64,000 nucleotides of DNA from Gemmatimonadota bacterium (GTDB taxonomy: Bacteria; Gemmatimonadota; Gemmatimonadetes; Gemmatimonadales; Gemmatimonadaceae), in NCBI GenBank assembly GCA_040389905.1, contig JAZJZK010000007.1, positions 1 to 64,000 of the forward strand, written 5' to 3'. The translations under genes and the position numbers were made by a program. Shown here in pieces: positions 18,350 through 26,967 of this stretch; the first letter of the stretch is position 1, and each line of letters starts with the position of its first letter. The notes beneath the pieces are model-generated. The model was not told the DNA's origin, ran no database searches, and was given only the letters and a program-made list of their open reading frames with translations.

Positions 18350-18892
18350 GTGTACATGGGTCATCTTGCGATCGCCATCAGTCTCAAGTCAGGCGAGCCT
18401 CGCGCGGCGCTCGTCCCGCTGGTCATCGCCGCGTTCGGCCCTGATTGGGTGGAAGCTGCCCTGATGATGCCACATACCAGGGAGGGAATGGCACCCTACA
18501 CGCATTCCATCCCAGCGGTCATGCTCGGCGCAGTGATTGCGAGCGGCGCGTATGCGCTGATTGCGAGACGGCCAGGAGCGAAGCAAGTCGCGGCCGCATG
18601 GCTGCTGCACTGGCTGGCCGACCTGCTGAGCGGTCGCAAACCCGTGATCGGGTTGAACCCCTTGATCGGGCTCGATCTCTATCATGTACCGCCCGCGGAG
18701 TTCCTTCTGGAATGCGTGGTCATTGCGACCGCCTGTTATTTGTACGCACGAGCCTTCGCGACCACTCGCGCCAAGCGACAAGCCGTGGTGATCCTCGCCG
18801 TCGTGATGGCGATTCTACAGCTCGGTTTGAACGCATCGATGTCGAAGCTCGACGGGACTCCATGGAACCCATCGCTGGCGCTGGCGCCATAA
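18350..18892 (+). CDS. Membrane-bound metal-dependent hydrolase-like protein (YdjM-like)
   Basis: MYMGH...PDW...YTHS...LHWLAD motifs; several TM helices. Confidence 0.65.
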   Translation: MYMGHLAIAISLKSGEPRAALVPLVIAAFGPDWVEAALMMPHTREGMAPYTHSIPAVMLGAVIASGAYALIARRPGAKQVAAAWLLHWLADLLSGRKPVIGLNPLIGLDLYHVPPAEFLLECVVIATACYLYARAFATTRAKRQAVVILAVVMAILQLGLNASMSKLDGTPWNPSLALAP

Positions 18893-18983
18893 CGCTTCCA
18901 TCTTTTCGGCCCGATACAGACGAGCGTGGTGACGCTGCACGGCTCTTGCGTTTCGATCCGGCTCACTGAACCGTGAGCGTATC

Positions 18984-19241
18984 ATGGCAACGCAAGGGAC
19001 GAGAGGGATTGTCACGCTGGTGTGCCTGACGTGTGGCAAGGAGAAGTTCTTTACTGAAGAGGTTCCCGAGCGTGCCACCTGCGAGCAGTGCGCGGGCACG
19101 GTATTCCGGTCTTTTGCAACTCCTACCGAGCCCGACGACGCGACGATCGATGCGCTCGAGGCGCAGGCACGCAGCATGGCGTACGGCGATAGTTCGCCGG
19201 ACACCACGCAAGGCGACGTGCGCGACCTCGGCCTCATCTGA
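18984..19241 (+). CDS. Small Zn-ribbon protein with acidic tail
   Basis: CLTC...CEQC. Confidence 0.65.
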   Translation: MATQGTRGIVTLVCLTCGKEKFFTEEVPERATCEQCAGTVFRSFATPTEPDDATIDALEAQARSMAYGDSSPDTTQGDVRDLGLI

Positions 19242-19385
19242 TGCGTTGAGCGCGGGCGGGAGCCCGCTATCCTGATCGTGAGCCCGCAGCTTGGCTCCGG
19301 CTCTTACATTGAGGGCGCAAGCTGAAGCTTTCCGGACCGGCACGGCAGTTCGACGTCGTCACCGCCGCGCTTCTCACGCGGGATC

Positions 19386-20444
19386 ATGTCTACGGAGTCC
19401 ACGTTGACTGAGCGAAGACAACTCGTCGTCGACCTTGCGGCGACGTCACGGAACTGGGCACTGACGCCGGAGGGAGAGGCGCGCATCCGCGCCGAAGCCC
19501 CGCCGGGGTGGGACATCGACGTCGTTTCCGCGCCGACGAGCTCGGACGGCGACGGCCCCCCGGGTGGCAGCAGCGAAGCGCAGCGGTTGATTGCCAACGC
19601 GGAAGTCTACTTCGGCTTTGGCATAACCCCTGACCTGTTTCAGGCCGCCAAGGCACTTCGGTGGGTGCACTCCGCCGCCGCAGGGGTTGGCAACGTGCTC
19701 AAATCCGGGATCGCCGACACCAGTGTGGCGCTGACCAACTCCGCGGGCATCCACGGCCCGCCAATCAGCGAATTCGTCGTGGCAGGCCTGCTGCATTTCA
19801 TGCGCGGCCTCGACGTGGCGATCGACCAGCAGCGCCGCGGAGAATGGAACAAGGCCTTCTTCGTCGCTGATGATTCGCCACTGCGCGAGATCAGTGGGTC
19901 GCGGATCCTGATTGTCGGCACCGGCGGTCTGGGCGGCGAGACTGCTCGGCGGCTGTCGTGCCTTGGTGCGCACTGCATCGGTCTGCGGCGACGACCCGAA
20001 CTCGGCGCGCCGCCGGGGTTCCTATCGGTCGCGGCACTGGATTCGATCGACGACCTGCTCCCGACCGCGGACGCCGTGGTGCTCGCCGCCCCGCTCACGC
20101 CGGATACCAACGAATTGCTGTCGCGAGCGCGTCTCGAACGACTGCCGAGGCACGCGATCGTGGTCAACGTCTCGCGAGGCGCCATGCTCGATGAGGAGGC
20201 GCTCGCCGACATGCTCGAGTCCGGAACGCTTCGTGGTGCTGCACTCGACGTCTTTCGCCAAGAGCCACTGGCGACGACCAGTCGCCTTTGGCAGCTTCGG
20301 TCGGTGCTGCTGGTGCCGCATGTTTCCCCGGTTTCGCCCGGGCGGTTCTGGCCGCGCCAACTCGACCTCTTCCTCGACAATTGGCGGCGCTACGTTTCCG
20401 GAGAGCCATTGCGCAACCTCGTCGACAAACACGCAGGGTATTGA
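19386..20444 (+). CDS. D-2-hydroxyacid dehydrogenase family protein
   Basis: WVHSAAAGV, IVGTGGLG, VNVSRG, AALDVFRQEPL, VPHVS. Confidence 0.9.
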   Translation: MSTESTLTERRQLVVDLAATSRNWALTPEGEARIRAEAPPGWDIDVVSAPTSSDGDGPPGGSSEAQRLIANAEVYFGFGITPDLFQAAKALRWVHSAAAGVGNVLKSGIADTSVALTNSAGIHGPPISEFVVAGLLHFMRGLDVAIDQQRRGEWNKAFFVADDSPLREISGSRILIVGTGGLGGETARRLSCLGAHCIGLRRRPELGAPPGFLSVAALDSIDDLLPTADAVVLAAPLTPDTNELLSRARLERLPRHAIVVNVSRGAMLDEEALADMLESGTLRGAALDVFRQEPLATTSRLWQLRSVLLVPHVSPVSPGRFWPRQLDLFLDNWRRYVSGEPLRNLVDKHAGY

Positions 20445-20447
20445 TTC

Positions 20448-21641
20448 ATGGAACGCATCATCAAGGCCGCGGTCGATCGTGGCGCCTCTGACCTCCATAT
20501 CAAGGCGGGAGACGTCTTCCGCGCGCGCATCCACGGCAAGTTGGTGCCGCTCACGAAGCAGGCGCTGACGCCCGAGCAGACGCGCACGATCGCGCTGCAC
20601 CTCATGTCCAACGAGGACGACAAGGCGCGGATCGACAAGTTGACGGATTACGATTGTTCGTGGGCGTCACCAGGGATTGGGCGCTTCCGCGTCAACATCC
20701 TGAAGCAGCGGTCGAGCTTCATGGTGGTGATGCGCGTCATCCCCTTCGAGGTGCCGACCTTCCAGAAACTGCGCCTTCCCGCTGCACTCGAACGTGTTGC
20801 ACAGGCAGAGCGCGGCATGGTGCTCGTGACGGGCGTGACCGGCTCCGGCAAGTCGAGCACCATGGCGGCGATGGTCAACTACATCAATCGCCACGAGAAT
20901 CGGCACATTCTCACCCTCGAGAATCCGATCGAGTTCCTCCACACCGACATCCAGAGCGCGATCACCCAGCGCGAGATTGGATCCGACACGGTGGATTTCA
21001 AGATGGGACTCCGTGCCGCACTGCGTCAGGATCCAGACGTCGTTATGATCGGCGAAATGCGCGATGCCGAGACGATCGACACCGCAATGAAGGCCGCAGA
21101 GACGGGACACCTGCTCATCTCGACGTTGCACACACCGGATGCGCAGAGCACGATCCTCCGCATCATGGCGATGTTTCCACCGGAAGAGCAGGAGGTCGTG
21201 CGGATTCGTCTCAGCGAGACACTCAATTCCGTCGTATCGCAGCGACTGCTTCCGCGTGCCGATGGAAATGGACGCGCGGTGGCGGCGGAGATCCTCATCG
21301 TCACGCCTGCGGTGCGCGACATGATTGCCGACGGCAAGCGCATCGGCGAGATCAAGGATTACATCGAGGAAGGCCGCGACCAGTACGGGATGCAGAGCTT
21401 CGACCAGCATCTCGCGGACCTGGTCCAGGATGGAGAGGTGACCTTCGAGACGGCGATGGGCGCAGCATCGAATCCATCGGACTTCGAGCTCAAGATGCGC
21501 ATGTTCCGCCGAGTCTCCACCACGGTGACGGCAAGCGCGGTTGCGGCCGCGGAAGCGGCGGCGGCGAAGCCGGCCGCGGCAGACACGCCGAGTGGGATGG
21601 ACGGCATCACGAGCGGCGGCTTCGACTTCATGCAACAGTGA
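20448..21641 (+). CDS. pilT: PilT/PilU family type IV pilus retraction ATPase
   Basis: ASDLHI, GVTGSGKSST, LRQDPDVVMIGEMRD, AETGHLLISTLHT. Confidence 0.9.
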   Translation: MERIIKAAVDRGASDLHIKAGDVFRARIHGKLVPLTKQALTPEQTRTIALHLMSNEDDKARIDKLTDYDCSWASPGIGRFRVNILKQRSSFMVVMRVIPFEVPTFQKLRLPAALERVAQAERGMVLVTGVTGSGKSSTMAAMVNYINRHENRHILTLENPIEFLHTDIQSAITQREIGSDTVDFKMGLRAALRQDPDVVMIGEMRDAETIDTAMKAAETGHLLISTLHTPDAQSTILRIMAMFPPEEQEVVRIRLSETLNSVVSQRLLPRADGNGRAVAAEILIVTPAVRDMIADGKRIGEIKDYIEEGRDQYGMQSFDQHLADLVQDGEVTFETAMGAASNPSDFELKMRMFRRVSTTVTASAVAAAEAAAAKPAAADTPSGMDGITSGGFDFMQQ

Positions 21642-22534
21642 TGAACCTCCACGGCATCCTCGCGCCACTCGTCACGCCCTTTTCGGCGGATGGCGAGGTC
21701 GACCTCGACGGATTTGCGCTCAACATCCGTGCACATCTCGCGGCCGGTGTCTGCGGTATCGTCGTCACTGGCTCCACCGGTGAAGCCGCATTGCTCGATG
21801 AGCGTGAGCGCACCCTGCTCGTCGAGCGCGCGCGACGCGAAGTGGATTCGGATCGCACCCTCTTGATTGGCACGGGTGCCGAGTCCACGCGGGTGACGAT
21901 CGCACGGTCGCGCGCGGCGGCCGAACTCGGCGCCGACGGAGTGCTTGTCGTGGCGCCGCACTATTACGGCGACCAGATGAAGCCGGTCGCACTCCAGTCG
22001 CACTACGAGCGCATCGCCGACGAGAGTCCAATTCCGGTGCTGTTGTACTCGATTCCCAAGTACATGCACTTCGCACTGCCGGCAGAGGTCGTCGCGGCGC
22101 TGGCGCAGCACCAGAACATCGTCGGGATGAAGGACAGCTCAGGCGACGCGAAGCTGTTCGCAGGATACCTCAAGTCCGCGAGTGAGTCATTCCGCGTGCT
22201 CACGGGCAACGGGCCATTCTGGGCCGAGGCCCTTCGCATGGGGGCATACGGCGGTATTCTCGCCGTCAGCCTTTTCGCGCCAACGTTGGCGTTCGATGTC
22301 TGGGACGCGAGCCAGCGCGGCGATGACGAGGCTGCCGCGCGGGCGCAGGAACTGCTGCGTCCGATGGCTGCAACGATCGTCGGGACACTGGGCGTGCCCG
22401 GCGTGAAAGCTGCGCTCGACGCCGTTGGGCTCGCCGGAGGGACGCCGCGTCCTCCGCTGAGCGCGCTCGGCGCGGAGGCACGCGCGACGGTGGACGGACT
22501 TCTCCGCGCGGCGGAGCTGGCGCCGGCGGTTTGA
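21641..22534 (+). CDS. Dihydrodipicolinate synthase family aldolase
   Basis: LVTPF, GSTGE, LYSIP, GMKDSSG; ATG overlaps the pilT stop. Confidence 0.88.
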   Translation: MNLHGILAPLVTPFSADGEVDLDGFALNIRAHLAAGVCGIVVTGSTGEAALLDERERTLLVERARREVDSDRTLLIGTGAESTRVTIARSRAAAELGADGVLVVAPHYYGDQMKPVALQSHYERIADESPIPVLLYSIPKYMHFALPAEVVAALAQHQNIVGMKDSSGDAKLFAGYLKSASESFRVLTGNGPFWAEALRMGAYGGILAVSLFAPTLAFDVWDASQRGDDEAAARAQELLRPMAATIVGTLGVPGVKAALDAVGLAGGTPRPPLSALGAEARATVDGLLRAAELAPAV

Positions 22535-23628
22535 CCGTACCGGTGGACGAGCGCCCGGGCGTTCGCCACCTGCGCGCGATCGCGGCATCTCCTCGGCCGG
22601 CGGGCAGTTCGGCCGAGGATGATGCCAGACGGTACGTCACAAATGTGCTGTCAGCGCTCGGATTTCGCGTGAGCGAGGAACCGTTCGAGTATTCGTCGTT
22701 TCCCGGTCGATGTGCGACGCCCCTCGCCGGAGCGGTCCTGACCACGGCCGCGTTCACCAGCGGGTGGTTCTCACTCGCGCGGGACGACGCGTGGACGGCG
22801 ATGGCGCTCCTGATCATCGTGTTGACGGCTGTCTCCACGTTTGCCCGCTGGATGCTCGGCGATGGCGTACTGACGGTGCCATGGATGCGCGCGCGAGGCG
22901 TGAACCTGGTCGCCGAACGCGGTGCAGGAGAGCCGCGTGTCTGGTTGGTCGCTCACATCGACAGCAAATCGCAACCGGTGCCGTCTGCCGCGCGAGTCGC
23001 TGGTGTGGCACTACTGGCAACCGGGATTGTACTCGCCGGCGCGGCGCTCGCCCTGAAACTTCTCGGTGGCGAGTCAGGTACGCTCATGGTAGGAGCGCTT
23101 TTCGTTGTCGGTGCCGGAGGTCTGCCTGTCATGGCGAGTGTTGTCGGATCGCGCTCGGATGGAGCGGTTGACAATGCATCCGGTGTGGCTGCGGTGCTTG
23201 CCGCCGCAGCGCTGGTAGGACCCAATGTTGCGATTGGTGTGCTCGTGCCGAGCGCTGAAGAGCTTGGCCTCGCCGGAGCTCGAGCGTGGGCGCAGACGCG
23301 CGCAGTCGGCACGGCGCTCAATTGCGATGGAGTTGACGATGGCGGAGCACTCGTGATCATGTACAACGACGCAGCACCCGAAGAGTTGGTTGGTGCTGTT
23401 CGACGCGCGGCGACGCGACCGGTCGTTGCTCGCCGGATGCCGCTGGGCCTGCTCACGGATTCAACCGCGCTGGCACATGCTGGCTGGCGCACCGTCACGG
23501 TGAGTCATGGGTCGCTCGCCACACTGCGCCGCATTCACACGGAGCGCGACTCGCTCGCGAACCTTCGCGGCACCAAGATCGACGAAGTCGCCGTCATCCT
23601 AGCGCGCGCCGCGGAGGCGCTGGCCTAA
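22531..23628 (+). CDS. Membrane-associated M28 family peptidase
   Basis: AHIDSK, GAVDNASG, SAEELGL, NCDG, IHT; internal TM segments. Confidence 0.8.
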   Translation: MTVPVDERPGVRHLRAIAASPRPAGSSAEDDARRYVTNVLSALGFRVSEEPFEYSSFPGRCATPLAGAVLTTAAFTSGWFSLARDDAWTAMALLIIVLTAVSTFARWMLGDGVLTVPWMRARGVNLVAERGAGEPRVWLVAHIDSKSQPVPSAARVAGVALLATGIVLAGAALALKLLGGESGTLMVGALFVVGAGGLPVMASVVGSRSDGAVDNASGVAAVLAAAALVGPNVAIGVLVPSAEELGLAGARAWAQTRAVGTALNCDGVDDGGALVIMYNDAAPEELVGAVRRAATRPVVARRMPLGLLTDSTALAHAGWRTVTVSHGSLATLRRIHTERDSLANLRGTKIDEVAVILARAAEALA

Positions 23629-24116
23629 TGGAAGTCATCCTGCTTGCACTCCTGCTGTTGCTTGGCCTGATCATGATTCCGTTCGGTCTACCCGGAACGT
23701 GGATCATCGCCGGTTCGGCGCTCGGTTTTTCCATTCTCGTGCCGAATTCGATCGGCATCTTCACGATCATCGCGGTCACGGTGCTCGCGATCATCGGCGA
23801 AGTCATCGAGTGGACGATGACCGCCAAGTACACGAAGAAGTACGGTGGATCGACGCGTGCGAGCTGGGGCGCCGTAATTGGCGGTATGGTCGGCGCCGTG
23901 ATGGGCGTACCGATCCCGATTATCGGCTCAGTGATCGGCGCGTTTGCGGGTGCCTTCGTAGGGGCATTCTTGTTTGAAATGTCGCGCGGGACAAGCGGGG
24001 GCGACTCGACGCGCGTGGCGTGGGGTGCGTTGGTCGGTCGCGCGCTGGCGTCGGCAGTGAAGGTTGGGATCGGCGTTGGTATGGCGGCGTGGATTCTGTT
24101 CGTGGCGATGGTCTAG
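23628..24116 (+). CDS. DUF456 family membrane protein
   Basis: GLPGTW, KKYGGS..ASWGAVIGG, GAFAGAFVGA. Confidence 0.82.
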   Translation: MEVILLALLLLLGLIMIPFGLPGTWIIAGSALGFSILVPNSIGIFTIIAVTVLAIIGEVIEWTMTAKYTKKYGGSTRASWGAVIGGMVGAVMGVPIPIIGSVIGAFAGAFVGAFLFEMSRGTSGGDSTRVAWGALVGRALASAVKVGIGVGMAAWILFVAMV

Positions 24117-24123
24117 GGTTGCC

Positions 24124-24434
24124 GCTTGGGCTTGGGAAGGTGATAACGAGGGATGGGGGCGTGGGGTCGGGCCCGGGCCAACCGCGGGCTGGGGCGCGGG
24201 CCCGGGCGAGGGCTTGGGCTCGGGCCTACCAGCAGGCTCGGGCGAGCGCTTGGGCTTGAGGCTTGCGCAACACCAGTAATCAGCTGCCAGCCCAGACCCG
24301 TTCCCGGTCCCGTGCCTGCAGGGTAAGCCCAAGCCCCCGCCGTAGCCCACGCCCGCGGCCAAGCCCGCGGTTGACCCGAGCCCAAGCCCTCGCCCCGATC
24401 CCCAGTTATCAGTCGGTCAGCCCGAGCCCGAAGC
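24124..24434. repeat. ~310-bp imperfect palindrome built from (C/T)GGGCT-like hexamers
   Basis: Left arm TGATAACGAGGGATGGGGGCG...CAACCGCGGGCT is complementary to right arm AGCCCGCGGTTG...CGCCCCGATCCCCAGTTATCA. Confidence 0.85.
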
Positions 24435-24445
24435 TGTTCAGTGAT

Positions 24446-24473
24446 TTGACATCGCCCCAGCGTCCGATAGATT
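24446..24473 (+). promoter_or_regulatory. sigma70-type promoter for purA
   Basis: TTGACA-N16-TAGATT. Confidence 0.7.
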
Positions 24474-24478
24474 CAAAC

Positions 24479-24506
24479 AACGCCCCGCGCCTCGCGGGGC
24501 GTTTTG
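24479..24506 (+). terminator. Terminator-like hairpin in the purA 5' leader
   Basis: AACGCCCCGCG-cct-CGCGGGGCGTT running into a short T tract (GTTTTG). Confidence 0.55.
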
Positions 24507-24533
24507 TGTGTCTGGAAGCCACGGGAGCGCAAA

Positions 24534-25814
24534 TTGTTCGGACCGGAATCACGCGTGGTCGTCGTCGTGGGAGCGCAGTGGGGCGACGAGGGGAAGGGGA
24601 AGCTCGTCGACGTCCTTGCCGAGCGCGCCGATTGGGTCGTGCGCTACCAGGGTGGCGCGAACGCTGGACACACCGTCGATCTCGGCGACCGCTCCTTCGT
24701 GTTACACCAAATCCCGAGCGGAATCCTCCATCCCGGAGTGCGCTGCGCCATCGGCAATGGCGTGGTGCTCGACCCCGACACGCTCTTCGAGGAGATCGAC
24801 GGCCTCGTGAAGGCGGGCGTCGATGTGGAAGGGCGACTCTACGTGAGCGATCGGGCGCATATGGTGCTGCCGTACCACAAGCAGGTGGACGGCGAAAGTG
24901 CGTCGAGTAAAGCCATTGGGACGACGGGCCGCGGCATCGGTCCCGCGTACGAGGACAAGATCGCGCGGCGGGGCGTGCGGGTTCTGGACCTGCGCAACCC
25001 CGCGCGGCTCCGAGACGTCGTCGTCAAGGGAGCGGAAAACGCGCAGGCGCGCCTCGACCGAAACGGATTGGGAACGAAAATCGATGTCGATGCGGTCGTC
25101 GCGCAGCTGGAGCGTCTTGGCCAGCGGCTCCTGCCGCTCGCGGAAGACGTCGGCCTCACCGTGCATCGTGCCATCAAGTCGGACGCGGCGGTGCTGCTCG
25201 AGGGTGCGCAGGGCTCGCTGCTGGATATCGATCACGGCACGTATCCCTTCGTCACGTCGAGCAACACGACGGCGGGGGGCGCCGCCGTTGGCGTCGGCAT
25301 TGGACCCAACGCGATCGACCGCGTCCTCGGCGTTGTGAAGGCGTACACCACTCGCGTCGGCAACGGGCCGTTGCCCACCGAGTTTACGGAGCCACTGCAA
25401 AGCGAGGTGCGCACGCTGGGCAACGAGTTCGGCGCGACGACTGGACGCCCTCGCCGGTGCGGCTGGTTCGATGCACTGGTTGTGAAGTACGCGACGCGCG
25501 TGAATGGCCTGAGCGATCTGGCCGTCACCAAGCTCGACGTGCTCGACACACTCGACGAGTTGCAGATTTGCTCGGGGTATGAGATCGACGGCGAGTTGCA
25601 CGACGAGTTTCCGAGCGACCTCTTTGCACTCGAACGCGTGGTGCCGAGATACGAGCGGTTCGAAGGGTGGAAGCAATCGACCGCGGGTGCGCGAAAGCTG
25701 GGCGACCTTCCCTCTGCAGCGCGCGCGTATCTCGACCGCATCGAGCAACTGTGCGAGGCGCCGATCACGTACGTCAGCGTAGGCACGCGACGCGATCAGA
25801 TCATCGGATTGTGA
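24534..25814 (+). CDS. purA: Adenylosuccinate synthetase (probable TTG start after GGGAG)
   Basis: GAQWGDEGKGK, RYQGGANAGHT, GTTGRGIGPAY, EGAQG, EFGATTGRPRRCGWFD. Confidence 0.98.
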   Translation: MFGPESRVVVVVGAQWGDEGKGKLVDVLAERADWVVRYQGGANAGHTVDLGDRSFVLHQIPSGILHPGVRCAIGNGVVLDPDTLFEEIDGLVKAGVDVEGRLYVSDRAHMVLPYHKQVDGESASSKAIGTTGRGIGPAYEDKIARRGVRVLDLRNPARLRDVVVKGAENAQARLDRNGLGTKIDVDAVVAQLERLGQRLLPLAEDVGLTVHRAIKSDAAVLLEGAQGSLLDIDHGTYPFVTSSNTTAGGAAVGVGIGPNAIDRVLGVVKAYTTRVGNGPLPTEFTEPLQSEVRTLGNEFGATTGRPRRCGWFDALVVKYATRVNGLSDLAVTKLDVLDTLDELQICSGYEIDGELHDEFPSDLFALERVVPRYERFEGWKQSTAGARKLGDLPSAARAYLDRIEQLCEAPITYVSVGTRRDQIIGL

Positions 25815-25827
25815 TGAACGACGTGAG

Positions 25828-25910
25828 GTGCAGACCCCTCGACTTCGCTCGGGGTGACAGCCACTCGTCTTGTCACCCCGAGCGACCGAAGGGAATCGAG
25901 GGGTCTGCAC
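25828..25910. repeat. Inverted pair of CGTC/TGTC-type REP-like repeats
   Basis: GTGCAGACCCCTCGACTTCGCTCGGGGTGACA ... TGTCACCCCGAGCGACCGAAGGGAATCGAGGGGTCTGCAC. Confidence 0.85.
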
Positions 25911-25919
25911 GTCACGCCC

Positions 25920-26930
25920 ATGCTTGATCTCTTGATTGTCGGAGCGGGGCCTTGTGGGCTCGCCGCTGCAATCTCGGCGCAACGCGCCGGGCTCTCGGTA
26001 CAAGTACTCGATGCAGGCGCCGTGGTCAGCACGATCACGCAATACCCGTATTACGTCAGCTTCTTCTCGACCGCCGAGAAGCTGTCGTTGGGCTCCGTTC
26101 CCTTCGTGGTCGCGACGGACAAGCCGACGCGGCGCGACGGACTCGCCTACTACCGCGCAATCGTGAAGCACTTCGCGATCGACGTGCGCCAATACGAGAA
26201 GGTGACGAGGCTCGAGCGATCGGGAGACGCGTGGGCTGTCCACTCCACTACGCACGAGTCGGTGAATCGTACGACCCCGGCACGGTCGGTCGTGATCGCA
26301 ACCGGCTATTTCGGTTCGCCGAATTACCTCAAGGTTCCCGGCGAGGAACTGTCGCACGTGCGGCATGTTTACCGCGAAGGGCACGACGCGTTCGATCAGG
26401 ATGTCGTCGTCGTCGGGGGCGGGAACTCCGCCGCCGAGGCCGCGCTGGATCTCTGGCGCGCGGGGGCGCGTGTGACGCTCGTGCACTTCGGTCCGGACTT
26501 CGACAAACGTATCAAGCCGTGGGTGCTGCCCGATTTCGTGAATCGGGCGAAAGACGGAATGATTGCGACGCGCTGGAACAGCCGTGTGAAAAGCATCGAA
26601 CCCGGCGTCGCGGTCGTTTCGACGCCGACGGGCGACGAGGACATTGCGGCGCGCTTCGTGTACGTCATGACGGGCTTCGCGCCCAACACCGAACTGTTGC
26701 GCGTCGCCGGAGTGCCGATCGATCCGATTACCGGCATCCCGCAACATGATCCCGACACGCTGGAGACGACCGAAGACGGTCTCTTCATCGCCGGTGTTGT
26801 CGTCGCAGGGTTCGACGCGAACAAGGTGTTCATCGAAAACGGCCGATTTCACGGCGACAAGATCGTCGCTCGGATACTCGGCCGGCCGGTACCCGCGCCT
26901 CCGCGACTGAGCGCCGAGCTCGATACCTGA
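25920..26930 (+). CDS. ypdA: YpdA-family flavin disulfide reductase (putative bacillithiol disulfide reductase)
   Basis: IVGAGPCGLA, FFSTAEKL, KPTR..GLAYYR, VGGGNSAAE, IKPWVLP, FIENGRFHG. Confidence 0.85.
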   Translation: MLDLLIVGAGPCGLAAAISAQRAGLSVQVLDAGAVVSTITQYPYYVSFFSTAEKLSLGSVPFVVATDKPTRRDGLAYYRAIVKHFAIDVRQYEKVTRLERSGDAWAVHSTTHESVNRTTPARSVVIATGYFGSPNYLKVPGEELSHVRHVYREGHDAFDQDVVVVGGGNSAAEAALDLWRAGARVTLVHFGPDFDKRIKPWVLPDFVNRAKDGMIATRWNSRVKSIEPGVAVVSTPTGDEDIAARFVYVMTGFAPNTELLRVAGVPIDPITGIPQHDPDTLETTEDGLFIAGVVVAGFDANKVFIENGRFHGDKIVARILGRPVPAPPRLSAELDT

Positions 26931-26967
26931 GTTAACTTTGTAGTCGACCCAAAAACTCAACGACCCG

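Noticed and set aside
20654..21640. Apparent 626-aa DHDPS fusion ORF
   Set aside because: The N-terminal part is an alternative frame over pilT; the real start is the ATG at 21641, coupled to the pilT stop.
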